Source: a virus
Length of the DNA: 64,000 bases
IMG/VR virus record: IMGVR_UViG_3300048914_000195
Reading direction: 5' to 3' (one strand)
Positions 7,888 through 16,678 of the stretch are shown here, piece after piece. The notes beneath the pieces were generated by a model, which was not told the origin of the DNA, did not search any database, and was given only the letters and a program-made list of their open reading frames with translations. Each line of letters starts with the position of its first letter. Within the stretch, counting starts at the first letter, position 1. The position numbers were made by a program, and so were the translations under genes.

Positions 7888-8232
7888 ATGGCATATGCAG
7901 TTAATCCTAGAGTGAAGCCTCTAGCCAACTCTTCTGGCGTCGCATCTGGCGCAATTACAGTACAAACAGCTTTTGGTAGAAAATACTATGCGACTCTTGT
8001 TGGCAACATTACGCTGACATTGAACAACATGGATGAAGGAAATATCATTTCATTGTGGCTTACACAAGATGGTACTGGATCCAGAACGTTTACGTTAACT
8101 GCTGCCGCTGGCGGTGCGAATATCATTATTGGTCCGTCCACCGCCATAGCCTCAGCGGCTGGTAAGACTTCTAAGGTGGTGATTGCAAAGATCCGTGGCG
8201 TGTATATGGTTGAAATAATTGCTCAAGCATAA
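7888..8232 (+). CDS. small virion-associated protein, stand-alone copy of the fibre N-terminal domain
   Basis: The track ORF starts at GTG 7849, only 2 nt after the -7 box, so ATG 7888 (MAYAVNP...) is preferred. The segment ATLVGNITLTLNNMDEGNIISLWLTQDGTGSRTFTL aligns by eye with ATLLLKGNVSLTLDGMVNGETAMIVVTQDGTGGRALTI of the next gene. Confidence 0.55.
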   Translation: MAYAVNPRVKPLANSSGVASGAITVQTAFGRKYYATLVGNITLTLNNMDEGNIISLWLTQDGTGSRTFTLTAAAGGANIIIGPSTAIASAAGKTSKVVIAKIRGVYMVEIIAQA

Positions 8233-8254
8233 GGTCTTCTGTTTTTTAAGTCTA

Positions 8255-8293
8255 GTGGCCCGGTTTTGCTCTTGTTTCCCGGGTCACTTTTTT
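8255..8293 (+). terminator. intrinsic terminator
   Basis: GTGGCCCGG (8255-8263), a 14-nt loop, CCGGGTCAC (8279-8287) with one mismatch, then TTTTTT. Confidence 0.55.
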
Positions 8294-8311
8294 ATTTGTA
8301 AACTTTTCAAT

Positions 8312-10405
8312 ATGGCAAAGTATCCTCAGATATTAGGGAATACAGGTAATGTAAGATTCAATACGCGCTTTGGTAACACAGCTACATTGTTGTTAAAAGG
8401 CAATGTATCGCTTACACTGGATGGAATGGTGAATGGGGAGACGGCCATGATTGTTGTAACACAAGATGGTACTGGCGGCAGAGCGCTGACCATAAATGCT
8501 GTGCCAGGTACGACGAACAAAGTAACTTCAACTGCCGGCATTTCTACCGTAGCAAATGTTTCTACCGTTGTTGTGATTAGCCGGTACAATGGGATAAACA
8601 ATATTATATACCAGCTGCTAGATGGCTCTGGTTCATCTGGTGGCGGAGGCGGCACAGGCACTGTAAATTCTGTGAACACCAAAACCCCTAATGGTGCAGG
8701 AGCTGTAACGATAGATGGAACAAATATAAACTCTGATGGAGTAAACAGTGCTGGTAGTACAAGTACCAATACTATACAGAGTTGGTTAACAGATTATGGA
8801 ACCAGGATAAATACTGCTAAATCTGTAGCCGATACTGCGGCATCAAACGCTACTACCGCTTCATCAAATGCCACAAGTGCGCTATCAACTGCTAATTCGG
8901 CAAGTACAACTGCCGGCAATGCATTAACGGCAGCCAATAGTGCTAACACCACTGCCGGTACAGCTAACACTACTGCTAATAATGCTTCGGCCGCTGCCGG
9001 TACCGCACAAACCACTGCAAATAACGCAGCCCTATCTGCGACTGCGGCCGCTGCCGGTAACCCATCTGCACTTCAAATAGTAGGTCAAACATATAATGTT
9101 TCCAGTTGGGCAAATCTGTCAGATTTTTCAACTAATACGTTAGGGGCTACCATTTCTGCAAATAAAATATCGGTTCCTAATGCAGGTGTATCCGACTTTA
9201 CAAAAAGTCTTCAGCTGTCTGCATATAGTTGCATTAATAAATGGAAGCTTGAAATGGAATTCCAGCTCACACAGACTCCCGCCGCCGGGACTACTGGTAT
9301 TTCATTGGGCATACAGGGGCAGAATGCGAACTCACTTAATTCCCTGGCGGTATATTTTCGATGCGTGAATGATAGCAATTTGGGGCGTATGGAGTTTTTC
9401 TCTCAGTCTAACGGTGGCAACTGGATTAATAATCCAGGAGGAACGTTGATATCAGCGCAATCGAATCTTTCATTTGTTGCAAATGATAACATACGCCTTA
9501 GTATGGAGCGTGTTAATCAGAATATTATAATGAGAGCGGAAAACAGGAGTAATCCTGCGGTTGCACCAGTTACATTTACATATGTTTTGCCTTATGCTGC
9601 TAATCCAATCCCACCAAATACAGGCCGATTCGCTATTTGGGGGCAAGGAGGTACTTTTACCATCAACAGAATAACAGTAACTAACAAAGAGACCAAGAAT
9701 CCGTCTGTATTACTGATAGGCGATTCAAAAACCATGGGATATGGGGCGTCGAACTTTTACACCACCTATCCTGGAATTCTTGGCAGACATGTGTATAACC
9801 AGGCTATCGCTGCCGGCTTTGGAGATAAGACTGCGGATGTATTAAATCGTATGCCTGAGATATTGGCTATTGCGCCAAAGACAGCCGTTTTGTCTATTGG
9901 CTCTAATGACGCTAGGTTTGGGGTGTCTAATGGTACCTTCCAAGCTAACTATGCAAGTATTGTCACACAGCTCACCAATGCGGGTGTGAATGTGGTGCAT
10001 TTATCACCTTCATTTGAAACATCCTTGGATTTGACTGCACAGTATACTTATGTGACTACTACATATGGAGCAAGTGTAGTGGATGTATTCTATACATCCA
10101 GAGAATCCGGTAACTTATATAGCGATAATATACACTGGTCCGACACAATGAATCGTGCAGCCGCTGAGGCATTGGTGTCCAGTGGACTATTGAAGGGGCT
10201 TAAATCAACACAAGACTATTACTCTACACCGATTGATATTGACAGGGAGGATTTGACCACCACACAAACAGATGCACAGCTTAATGCAGTGTATGCATGG
10301 ATGCCACTTTGGAGCAGAATTATAGCTGTAAATACTTCGGGTGGCGGCATTATATATGAAAAGAGGAAATATAATGTTTGGATGAGAATAGGTCTTTTAT
10401 CATAA
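8312..10405 (+). CDS. tail fibre with C-terminal SGNH/GDSL esterase domain
   Basis: The start is moved to ATG 8312 (MAKYPQ...) because the in-frame upstream part of the track ORF (8219-8311) lies over the terminator hairpin. There is an Ala/Asn/Thr-rich repetitive shaft. SGNH blocks are present: LLIGDSKTMG (I), GFGDKT (II), SIGSNDARFG (III) and DNIHWS (V). Confidence 0.8.
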   Translation: MAKYPQILGNTGNVRFNTRFGNTATLLLKGNVSLTLDGMVNGETAMIVVTQDGTGGRALTINAVPGTTNKVTSTAGISTVANVSTVVVISRYNGINNIIYQLLDGSGSSGGGGGTGTVNSVNTKTPNGAGAVTIDGTNINSDGVNSAGSTSTNTIQSWLTDYGTRINTAKSVADTAASNATTASSNATSALSTANSASTTAGNALTAANSANTTAGTANTTANNASAAAGTAQTTANNAALSATAAAAGNPSALQIVGQTYNVSSWANLSDFSTNTLGATISANKISVPNAGVSDFTKSLQLSAYSCINKWKLEMEFQLTQTPAAGTTGISLGIQGQNANSLNSLAVYFRCVNDSNLGRMEFFSQSNGGNWINNPGGTLISAQSNLSFVANDNIRLSMERVNQNIIMRAENRSNPAVAPVTFTYVLPYAANPIPPNTGRFAIWGQGGTFTINRITVTNKETKNPSVLLIGDSKTMGYGASNFYTTYPGILGRHVYNQAIAAGFGDKTADVLNRMPEILAIAPKTAVLSIGSNDARFGVSNGTFQANYASIVTQLTNAGVNVVHLSPSFETSLDLTAQYTYVTTTYGASVVDVFYTSRESGNLYSDNIHWSDTMNRAAAEALVSSGLLKGLKSTQDYYSTPIDIDREDLTTTQTDAQLNAVYAWMPLWSRIIAVNTSGGGIIYEKRKYNVWMRIGLLS

Positions 10406-10422
10406 TTCATTAATTATATACT

Positions 10423-12270
10423 ATGCCAGCATTACCAGTCGCACTGGGTGGAACCGGTAAATCAACGCTTACTCCAGGGGTCATTTTAGTAGCCAATCAA
10501 AGTGGGAATGGCTTTACGGAATATACTCCATCCCAACTGAATACGCTATTGGGTAATTCGCCTGTTCAAAATCAGTCGCCAGTAGTGGCTGCCGGACAAA
10601 ATCAAACAATCAGCACCAGCAATACTACGCTAACTGCTACGGCCTCTGATTCAGATGGAACTATAGCATCCATTTTATGGACAAAGCAGAGTGGTCCACA
10701 AGAGCCGATTGGTACTGGGTTTAATGGAGGGTCCTTTACCCCATTGAGAACGTTTACTATCGCGGGGACAAGTCAGGACCTCGCTATAAATAGCGGAAAC
10801 TACCAGCCTGGAGATCTGATTTACCTTGACGGAGATTTTAGGTCTATTACACTTACCAACGTGGCCGGGACTCAAGCAAACCCTATTGTATTTAGAAATG
10901 CAATAGGTAAAACATGTACTGTTGGCAACCCAACATGGGCGGCAAATGGCGGCCCAAGCTATGCGATCCAAGCATCGGGATCTAGCTACTTCATTTTTGC
11001 TGGCACCCATTGGGATAATTTTATCATTAATGGTTCAGATATTAATACTGATGGAGGTGGAGAGCCGTATCGTTCGGCATACAGGAATATCAGCATGGAT
11101 GCCCTGACAGAAAACTTTGAGTTCTGTTACATGACCATTAATGATGGAGGTACATCTGTTGTCGCTAAGACAGATCCATTGTCAGGTCAATCAAATACCT
11201 GGTACCCAAACAGGGAGCTGGGGTATATGTTGTTTCATGACATGGTGGTAGATAATTCTTATAATGAAGGGTTCTACATTGGACATACTGCGACATATTG
11301 GAATATCACCAATAGTACGCCATTGTATCCAACTCCGTATGATGCCGCCCCAAACAGCACAACGTATAAGCAGCCTATTTTAATCAATGGATTGAAAATA
11401 TGGAATTGCAGAGTGACCAATGCTGGGAAGGATGGAATACAGGTATCTGCATGTAAAAATCCGGAGGTTTACCAGAACGAGGTGTATAACTGGGCCAATG
11501 TGCAACATAACGGCGCACACAACGGCGGTATCCTCATTGGAGGGCGTTGCCTTACCAGTAACACTCATGATAACATAACTCATGATGCTTGGGGAGAACA
11601 CTTTCAATTTTATGGCACCGGACCAGGGCATCTATATACGAATAATCTCTGTTATAATGTAGATGCGAGTTCAGTTTCAGGAGACATGGCGTCTTTGGCA
11701 GGACGTGTTGGAACTAACAGCAGCGAAAATAACCCATGTCAGATCACCATGACGGGCAATACATTTGTTAGGTGTGGAACCGGAGGTAGCCTGGTAAGGG
11801 TAAATGGTGTATATAATAAAAGTGGCGGAAGCAGTGGGACCAATAATGTACAGTTGATCTTAAACAAGAACCTTTTTATAGCGCCAAAGAATAATACAAT
11901 CACGAATGCCGGAAATGCGTTTGATAGTTATTATGTCTACACTGAAAACCCACTAGACACGTCCTACAATATTATCGCTACAAAGGGAACCGGAAGTAAC
12001 CTAAATCAGCAGTATAATACAATTGCCGCCGCGAATGTTGACACAAATAACTACTATTTACCAAATAGTGGAGCGATAACTCAGGGATTCAGGAAGTTAT
12101 ATAGCCTGGGTCCACAAACAACTGTCATAGGATCAACCATTGTATCTCCAAACACATTAAGCACAGCTGTAACCGGGTTAATTGCGGGGGTATATATTTT
12201 CCGCGTTAAGGTTACGGATAATGCTGGTGCAACCGCAGAAAGTACTGTTCAGGTGACAGTTACGACATAA
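10423..12270 (+). CDS. tail fibre / depolymerase with right-handed beta-helix (pectate-lyase-like) core
   Basis: The N-terminus LPVALGGTGKSTLTPG is the common fibre anchor motif. It is followed by a PKD/Ig-like segment (VVAAGQNQTISTSNTTLTATASDSDGTIASILWTKQSGP). The centre has PbH1-like repeats (GKDGIQVSACKNPEVYQNEVYNW, NGGILIGGRCLTSNTHDN). The C-terminus has an Ig-like segment (GVYIFRVKVTDNAGATAESTVQVTV). Confidence 0.7.
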   Translation: MPALPVALGGTGKSTLTPGVILVANQSGNGFTEYTPSQLNTLLGNSPVQNQSPVVAAGQNQTISTSNTTLTATASDSDGTIASILWTKQSGPQEPIGTGFNGGSFTPLRTFTIAGTSQDLAINSGNYQPGDLIYLDGDFRSITLTNVAGTQANPIVFRNAIGKTCTVGNPTWAANGGPSYAIQASGSSYFIFAGTHWDNFIINGSDINTDGGGEPYRSAYRNISMDALTENFEFCYMTINDGGTSVVAKTDPLSGQSNTWYPNRELGYMLFHDMVVDNSYNEGFYIGHTATYWNITNSTPLYPTPYDAAPNSTTYKQPILINGLKIWNCRVTNAGKDGIQVSACKNPEVYQNEVYNWANVQHNGAHNGGILIGGRCLTSNTHDNITHDAWGEHFQFYGTGPGHLYTNNLCYNVDASSVSGDMASLAGRVGTNSSENNPCQITMTGNTFVRCGTGGSLVRVNGVYNKSGGSSGTNNVQLILNKNLFIAPKNNTITNAGNAFDSYYVYTENPLDTSYNIIATKGTGSNLNQQYNTIAAANVDTNNYYLPNSGAITQGFRKLYSLGPQTTVIGSTIVSPNTLSTAVTGLIAGVYIFRVKVTDNAGATAESTVQVTVTT

Positions 12271-12309
12271 AAACTCATAAGAATATTATTTATTAATAAA
12301 TTATTTGTT

Positions 12310-12317
12310 TAAATTTG
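12310..12317 (+). promoter_or_regulatory. -7 box TAAATTTG
   Basis: Exact TAnnTTTG match, 19 nt before ATG 12337. Confidence 0.45.
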
Positions 12318-12336
12318 AGTAAACAAATAATTTATT

Positions 12337-13233
12337 ATGCCCCGCGGAAGACCACCAAGGAATAATATGACAGAAGAAGAAAAGCTGGCAGAGCTGACAG
12401 GAAAAAAAACTGTCGAGAAAAAAGAGCGCCCAAAGAAGGAACCGACTAAAGTCGTGTTTCAGCTTGTAGGTGATTTTAAAAGGGACCAGGAAAATGGTAC
12501 CATCAAATACCCGCCAAAGGTGATCATTAATAATGAGTATCCGTGCTATTGTGATGTCAAAAAAGAAATCAGACAGGCAAGAGTGCTTCGCGGTATATCT
12601 ACCATATGGAGAGATGAGCAGGAAAAGATCAGTGATCGATACGCAAACGAGAATCGGGTTCTTTTTGAATTTGTTAATGGGAAGCTCATCGTGCCCACCA
12701 TCGAAAAAAATCATATCAAATACCTTAAGCTACGTGCGGACTTTAAGGACTGTGAAAGGCCAACCAAAAACGTGAATCCAAAATACATGTTGGTGGACAC
12801 ATATGCATCCGAATCGGCGGCATATGAGAAAAGGCAGAAGCAGCTGGAAGCTATGGCGTTGGCTAACGAGGCGGATTACGAAGATTTGATACCGCACTTC
12901 AAGCATCTGGGTGGAAACATCATTAACCAGGAAGGAGAGGAAATGTCGGATGAAGGGCTGAGGGCTGCATATATCAGGTTGGCAGAAGAAAAAACAGACC
13001 TGTTTTTGAAAACGTTTGACAACCCAGTTGTTAAGATGTACGGCTTGGTTCGTAAAGGGTTTGAGCAAAATCTTATTACATACGTTGACGGCCAATGTTC
13101 TTGGGGGGACACTAAAACCTTTATCTGTCAAATCCCTGAGAAGTACTCAATGCGTGTATCTGACTATCTGGCGGAGCTGATGTTGACGCAGGATGGCGTT
13201 GAATTGCGATCAAGGCTTGAGTCAATCAAGTAA
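12337..13233 (+). CDS. hypothetical protein with N-terminal AT-hook-like PRGRPPR
   Basis: 298-aa track ORF with its own -7 box. Has a basic N-terminus (MPRGRPPRNN...KKERPKKEP). No other motif recognised. Confidence 0.55.
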   Translation: MPRGRPPRNNMTEEEKLAELTGKKTVEKKERPKKEPTKVVFQLVGDFKRDQENGTIKYPPKVIINNEYPCYCDVKKEIRQARVLRGISTIWRDEQEKISDRYANENRVLFEFVNGKLIVPTIEKNHIKYLKLRADFKDCERPTKNVNPKYMLVDTYASESAAYEKRQKQLEAMALANEADYEDLIPHFKHLGGNIINQEGEEMSDEGLRAAYIRLAEEKTDLFLKTFDNPVVKMYGLVRKGFEQNLITYVDGQCSWGDTKTFICQIPEKYSMRVSDYLAELMLTQDGVELRSRLESIK

Positions 13234-13274
13234 TTACTATAAACTGGGGACAGAGTAAGCTGAACAAAGAAAAT

Positions 13275-13592
13275 ATGAAAAAGAATACAGAATGTATTAA
13301 GTACGATCAAATTAAGTATGCATCTAAGTTTTTTGTAAAACAGTGTTGTGTATTAAAGTATCCAGGCATTCAGCCCATATACGCAAGTGTATTGGGGCTT
13401 CATTACAAAAGTGTCTGGAAGTCTCCAGATGAAGATCATGTTAAGGTCTTTTATGACCTACAGTTGTATTTCCCAAATGGTGAAACGACGAGACAGCCGA
13501 ATGTAGATTCTAAATATCTGTTTGATTTTGATGAGATTGATGACGAGAATCGATACTGGGTAAATCTCCCAACAAGTAATAAACAAGTTTAA
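13275..13592 (+). CDS. hypothetical protein (105 aa)
   Basis: Track ORF that ends at a strong bidirectional terminator. Confidence 0.5.
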   Translation: MKKNTECIKYDQIKYASKFFVKQCCVLKYPGIQPIYASVLGLHYKSVWKSPDEDHVKVFYDLQLYFPNGETTRQPNVDSKYLFDFDEIDDENRYWVNLPTSNKQV

Positions 13593-13598
13593 AATCAG

Positions 13599-13640
13599 AA
13601 CGAAGAAGCCGGTAATGATTACCGGCTTCTTCGTTTTTAT
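13599..13640. terminator. bidirectional terminator between convergent genes
   Basis: Perfect 14-bp stem 13600-13613 / 13621-13634 with loop AATGATT. A T-run follows on the plus strand; the tail on the minus strand is weaker. Confidence 0.75.
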
Positions 13641-14311
13641 AACTGATACTCCAGGTTATTATTGATGAATCCGAGGAAGTCTCTACTGAAGTTTACCCGG
13701 ATCAGTGATCGGTGTTCATTGTTCCATACATATTTAAATTCCACGTCGCTCATCTTTTTTACCGCTATTACATCTCCCACTTTTATCTCATCCATCCCCA
13801 TTCCGTCGAATTCATACTTTGAAGCGTCTTCTGGCATCTGCTCAACGTACACATAGGTTTCGTACTTCTTTTTGTCCTGCACTATGATTAGAGGGCTTTC
13901 TATATCTGGCTCATAGATGCGCTTACAGATCATATTCTCTCCAATGCAGAACATTTTTTCATCACGAATGCCCATCCAGCACATATCTTTTGATATGGAA
14001 AACACCTCCTCTCCATCCTCTACTTGAATGCCCAATCTCTTTAAGTCGGAAGACAGGATCCGCACTGCGTCATTAGTCAGCGCGACGTATGGGCATAGGA
14101 TGTGATCGCCCACTTTTATTTCGTCTATTTCGGTCAATGCTCTTGCCACGGTAGGTTTTGAGTTCCATCCATTTAAGGAACTGTCACTGTATCCCATGAA
14201 CAGGTTCGCATATGTCCCGTCATTTTTCTTAATTCTATGAGTTTGTTTCTGTTCAATAAAAGCAGAGACAAGCACACGATGAGCGCCTTGATGATCTTTT
14301 GTTGTTCTCAT
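13637..14311 (-). CDS. hypothetical protein; possible tandem GroES/Cpn10-like fold
   Basis: 224 aa. Two halves each carry GroES-like landmarks: HRVLVSAFIEQKQT ... KPTVARALTEIDEIKVGDHILCPY, and ICKRIYEPDIESPLIIVQ ... IKVGDVIAVKKMSDVEF ... SLIRVNFSRDFLGFI. This is pattern recognition only. Confidence 0.5.
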   Translation of the reverse strand: MRTTKDHQGAHRVLVSAFIEQKQTHRIKKNDGTYANLFMGYSDSSLNGWNSKPTVARALTEIDEIKVGDHILCPYVALTNDAVRILSSDLKRLGIQVEDGEEVFSISKDMCWMGIRDEKMFCIGENMICKRIYEPDIESPLIIVQDKKKYETYVYVEQMPEDASKYEFDGMGMDEIKVGDVIAVKKMSDVEFKYVWNNEHRSLIRVNFSRDFLGFINNNLEYQL

Positions 14312-14550
14312 TCTACTACATGAATTATTGCGTTACCAGTATACATTTCGATCTCGATTTCGAATCCTACATGAACGTTGAACTCCATTAGTATTTCGTC
14401 CCTGAGAATGTCAAACTTTCGTTGCAACGACAATACATCTCCATCCAAAATATGTGGGTCAATCATAAAGGAGCTTACCGGCAGTGACGGTGCATCGTTG
14501 ATAAGCCATTGTATTTTGCTCATTGTTTTTCTTTTACGCAAATATACCAT
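14308..14550 (-). CDS. hypothetical protein (80 aa)
   Basis: Track ORF, 16 nt downstream of a leftward -7 box. It has an ATGA overlap with 13637..14311. Confidence 0.5.
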   Translation of the reverse strand: MVYLRKRKTMSKIQWLINDAPSLPVSSFMIDPHILDGDVLSLQRKFDILRDEILMEFNVHVGFEIEIEMYTGNAIIHVVE

Positions 14551-14566
14551 GCCTGTAGGTAACCGC

Positions 14567-14574
14567 CAAAATTA
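14567..14574 (-). promoter_or_regulatory. -7 box TAATTTTG (leftward)
   Basis: The reverse complement of caaaatta is an exact TAnnTTTG match. It drives the inverted two-gene cassette. Confidence 0.45.
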
Positions 14575-14586
14575 TTTATAAATCGG

Positions 14587-14594
14587 TATATTTG
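14587..14594 (+). promoter_or_regulatory. -7 box TATATTTG, 4 nt before ATG 14599
   Basis: Exact TAnnTTTG match. The spacing implies a leaderless or near-leaderless mRNA. Confidence 0.45.
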
Positions 14595-14598
14595 TTAT

Positions 14599-15264
14599 AT
14601 GGACATTAATCAGTTCTACGATATAGTAAAATTCATCTCAAATAAGCACCAGCAGGGCTATTTATCGCCTGATGAATTCAACAATGCGGTCAATATAGCG
14701 CAGGACCAATTAATGGAAGAGCTGGTCAATGTAATACAGGGGTGGGATGGGAACAAGCGTAGAGTCAAAATAGTGATGGGGAATGCCCAACAAGCGATAC
14801 AGAAGGTAGCTCCATTTATTGATTCGGATACACCTACAATTCCAAATACAGGTATATATATACACGCCGCCAACATAGCACATTTACTGGCAATTAGAAC
14901 TGGCGATAATAAAAAGAGAATACAAAGAGTGGAACATGATCGTATTTATTCCCACCTGTCGTCTCAAATAGATCAAATTGAGCAAAACCCCATATATGTA
15001 CAATACAATTCTTATTACCAGATTTATCCGGAAAATATCGGTCAAATATCGCTAGAGTGGATCACAGACCCTCCCGCTGCAAAATGGGCATACACTTTGG
15101 TGAGTGGCCGTCCTGTTTATGATCAGTCTAATAGCGTTCAATTATTATGGGGAGAATCAGAAATAACTGAACTTATAAGCCGGGTCCTGTTTATGTTCGG
15201 AATAAGTGTACAGGCGCAGAACTTAATATCATACTATCAGTCGATAAAAAATGATGGACAATAA
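14599..15264 (+). CDS. hypothetical structural protein (221 aa)
   Basis: Track ORF, first of a tightly packed rightward run (14599-29386) in the tail/adaptor position of a podovirus map. Confidence 0.55.
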   Translation: MDINQFYDIVKFISNKHQQGYLSPDEFNNAVNIAQDQLMEELVNVIQGWDGNKRRVKIVMGNAQQAIQKVAPFIDSDTPTIPNTGIYIHAANIAHLLAIRTGDNKKRIQRVEHDRIYSHLSSQIDQIEQNPIYVQYNSYYQIYPENIGQISLEWITDPPAAKWAYTLVSGRPVYDQSNSVQLLWGESEITELISRVLFMFGISVQAQNLISYYQSIKNDGQ

Positions 15265-15902
15265 TGGCTAGTACCAGGTATCAATATTGTGAGGCCATAC
15301 AACGTGCGCTTGCTGGCGGATTTGTTAGTGACGATTCGGAACTGACTATCCCTTTAATTAATTTCTACCTGAATTCCGCTATTGGGTATGCGATCAAGGC
15401 CAATTATAAAGAAGAAATACAGCTGAATGGGGTAGAGGCGGTTTCAGATGCTTTCTACGCTACATTTACTGGCATGAATATAACTAAGGATAATGCTACC
15501 GGATGGTACAATATATCGTTGCCACAGCAAACGGTTGGCGTAGGTGCGGGATGGGATATATCCTCTTTTATTATGGTTACAGGTAGCGGAGCTAAGATAA
15601 TCGCTTACCCAATTACCAATAGAGAGATAGCATTTTTGTATGAAACGCCAGCGGGATGTAAGGATGTATTCTTTTGGACTGTAAAGGACAAGATGAATAT
15701 TCACGCCTGTAAGGATCTAACAAAATATAAAGGTATTGTTACTATGCTGGTCTCCCAGTCTACTGATTTGAATGAATCGATATCAGTTCCGGATGGGTAT
15801 ATGCCGTTGATCGTTGAGTATATGACAAAGACATTAGGCGTCATGATGAATATGCAAATGGATATCAGTTCAGACGGGGTTGATACACCTAAAATAAAGT
15901 AA
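15264..15902 (+). CDS. hypothetical structural protein (212 aa)
   Basis: Track ORF. Its start overlaps the previous stop. Confidence 0.55.
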   Translation: MASTRYQYCEAIQRALAGGFVSDDSELTIPLINFYLNSAIGYAIKANYKEEIQLNGVEAVSDAFYATFTGMNITKDNATGWYNISLPQQTVGVGAGWDISSFIMVTGSGAKIIAYPITNREIAFLYETPAGCKDVFFWTVKDKMNIHACKDLTKYKGIVTMLVSQSTDLNESISVPDGYMPLIVEYMTKTLGVMMNMQMDISSDGVDTPKIK

Positions 15903-15903
15903 A

Positions 15904-16677
15904 ATGTCCGCAGCACTTATAAATATAAAAAAGATAGTCCACATGTATATGGACGAGGCGCAGCTTACAACGGCTGCGTATCGGCGTTTATATGGCATAG
16001 CGCAGCGGGGAGCCGTTGATCTTGCACTGGACGTAACAGCTAACGTGAAGAGTTGTGAATTGTGTGTGCTGGGCAATAGAACGGCAGAATTGCCCGATGA
16101 TTATATTCAGTGGACAAAGATCGGTGTGTTAAATCAGCATGGGGAAGTCGCCACATTAAGTCACAATAATCAGTTGGCTATTATTAATGATGGACAGAGC
16201 AGTCGTCTTGCTGATAACCAGAGTGTAATAGGCACAGACCTTGGACGGATAAACGAAGGATACTATCTTAACTTTAATGGGTATGGATACGGGTACGGAT
16301 GTGCTGACATATTTGGTGTGTCAGGGAATGAGCTTTCTCAATTGGGAGAGTTTAATGTAGACGAGTCGAATAATGTTATTGTATTGAATCCATCGTTCCC
16401 GTATTCAAACCTGATCATTGAATATATTGCCACTCCATGTGAAGAAGATGGTTATATGATTCCAATACAAGCGCAGGAAGCACTGATTGCCTGGATTTCA
16501 TGGAAGGATATTGCGCAGCTGGCCGCATCAAGAAAGGTGAGTGTTTATGATAAGACGGCAAGAAAGCGGGAGTATTATAATCAAAAGAACAATGCCCGAT
16601 GGAGGCTGAAGCCATTCAGAATTGAAGAGGCGTATGATGTCACACAATCGGCTATGAGGCTGGTCCCAAAATCATGA
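15904..16677 (+). CDS. hypothetical structural protein, tail tubular A/adaptor position
   Basis: 257 aa, immediately before the 1067-aa protein. The assignment is positional only. Confidence 0.5.
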   Translation: MSAALINIKKIVHMYMDEAQLTTAAYRRLYGIAQRGAVDLALDVTANVKSCELCVLGNRTAELPDDYIQWTKIGVLNQHGEVATLSHNNQLAIINDGQSSRLADNQSVIGTDLGRINEGYYLNFNGYGYGYGCADIFGVSGNELSQLGEFNVDESNNVIVLNPSFPYSNLIIEYIATPCEEDGYMIPIQAQEALIAWISWKDIAQLAASRKVSVYDKTARKREYYNQKNNARWRLKPFRIEEAYDVTQSAMRLVPKS

Positions 16678-16678
16678 C

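Noticed and set aside
8219-8311. N-terminal 31-aa extension of the fibre ORF in the track
   Set aside because: The extension overlaps the terminator hairpin 8255-8293 and encodes a Cys/Phe-rich peptide. The paralogous domain alignment supports ATG 8312 as the start.
8790-9060. Repetitive nucleotide stretch (possible repeat array)
   Set aside because: It is the in-frame Ala/Asn/Thr-rich shaft of the fibre protein. There is no spacer/repeat periodicity of CRISPR type.
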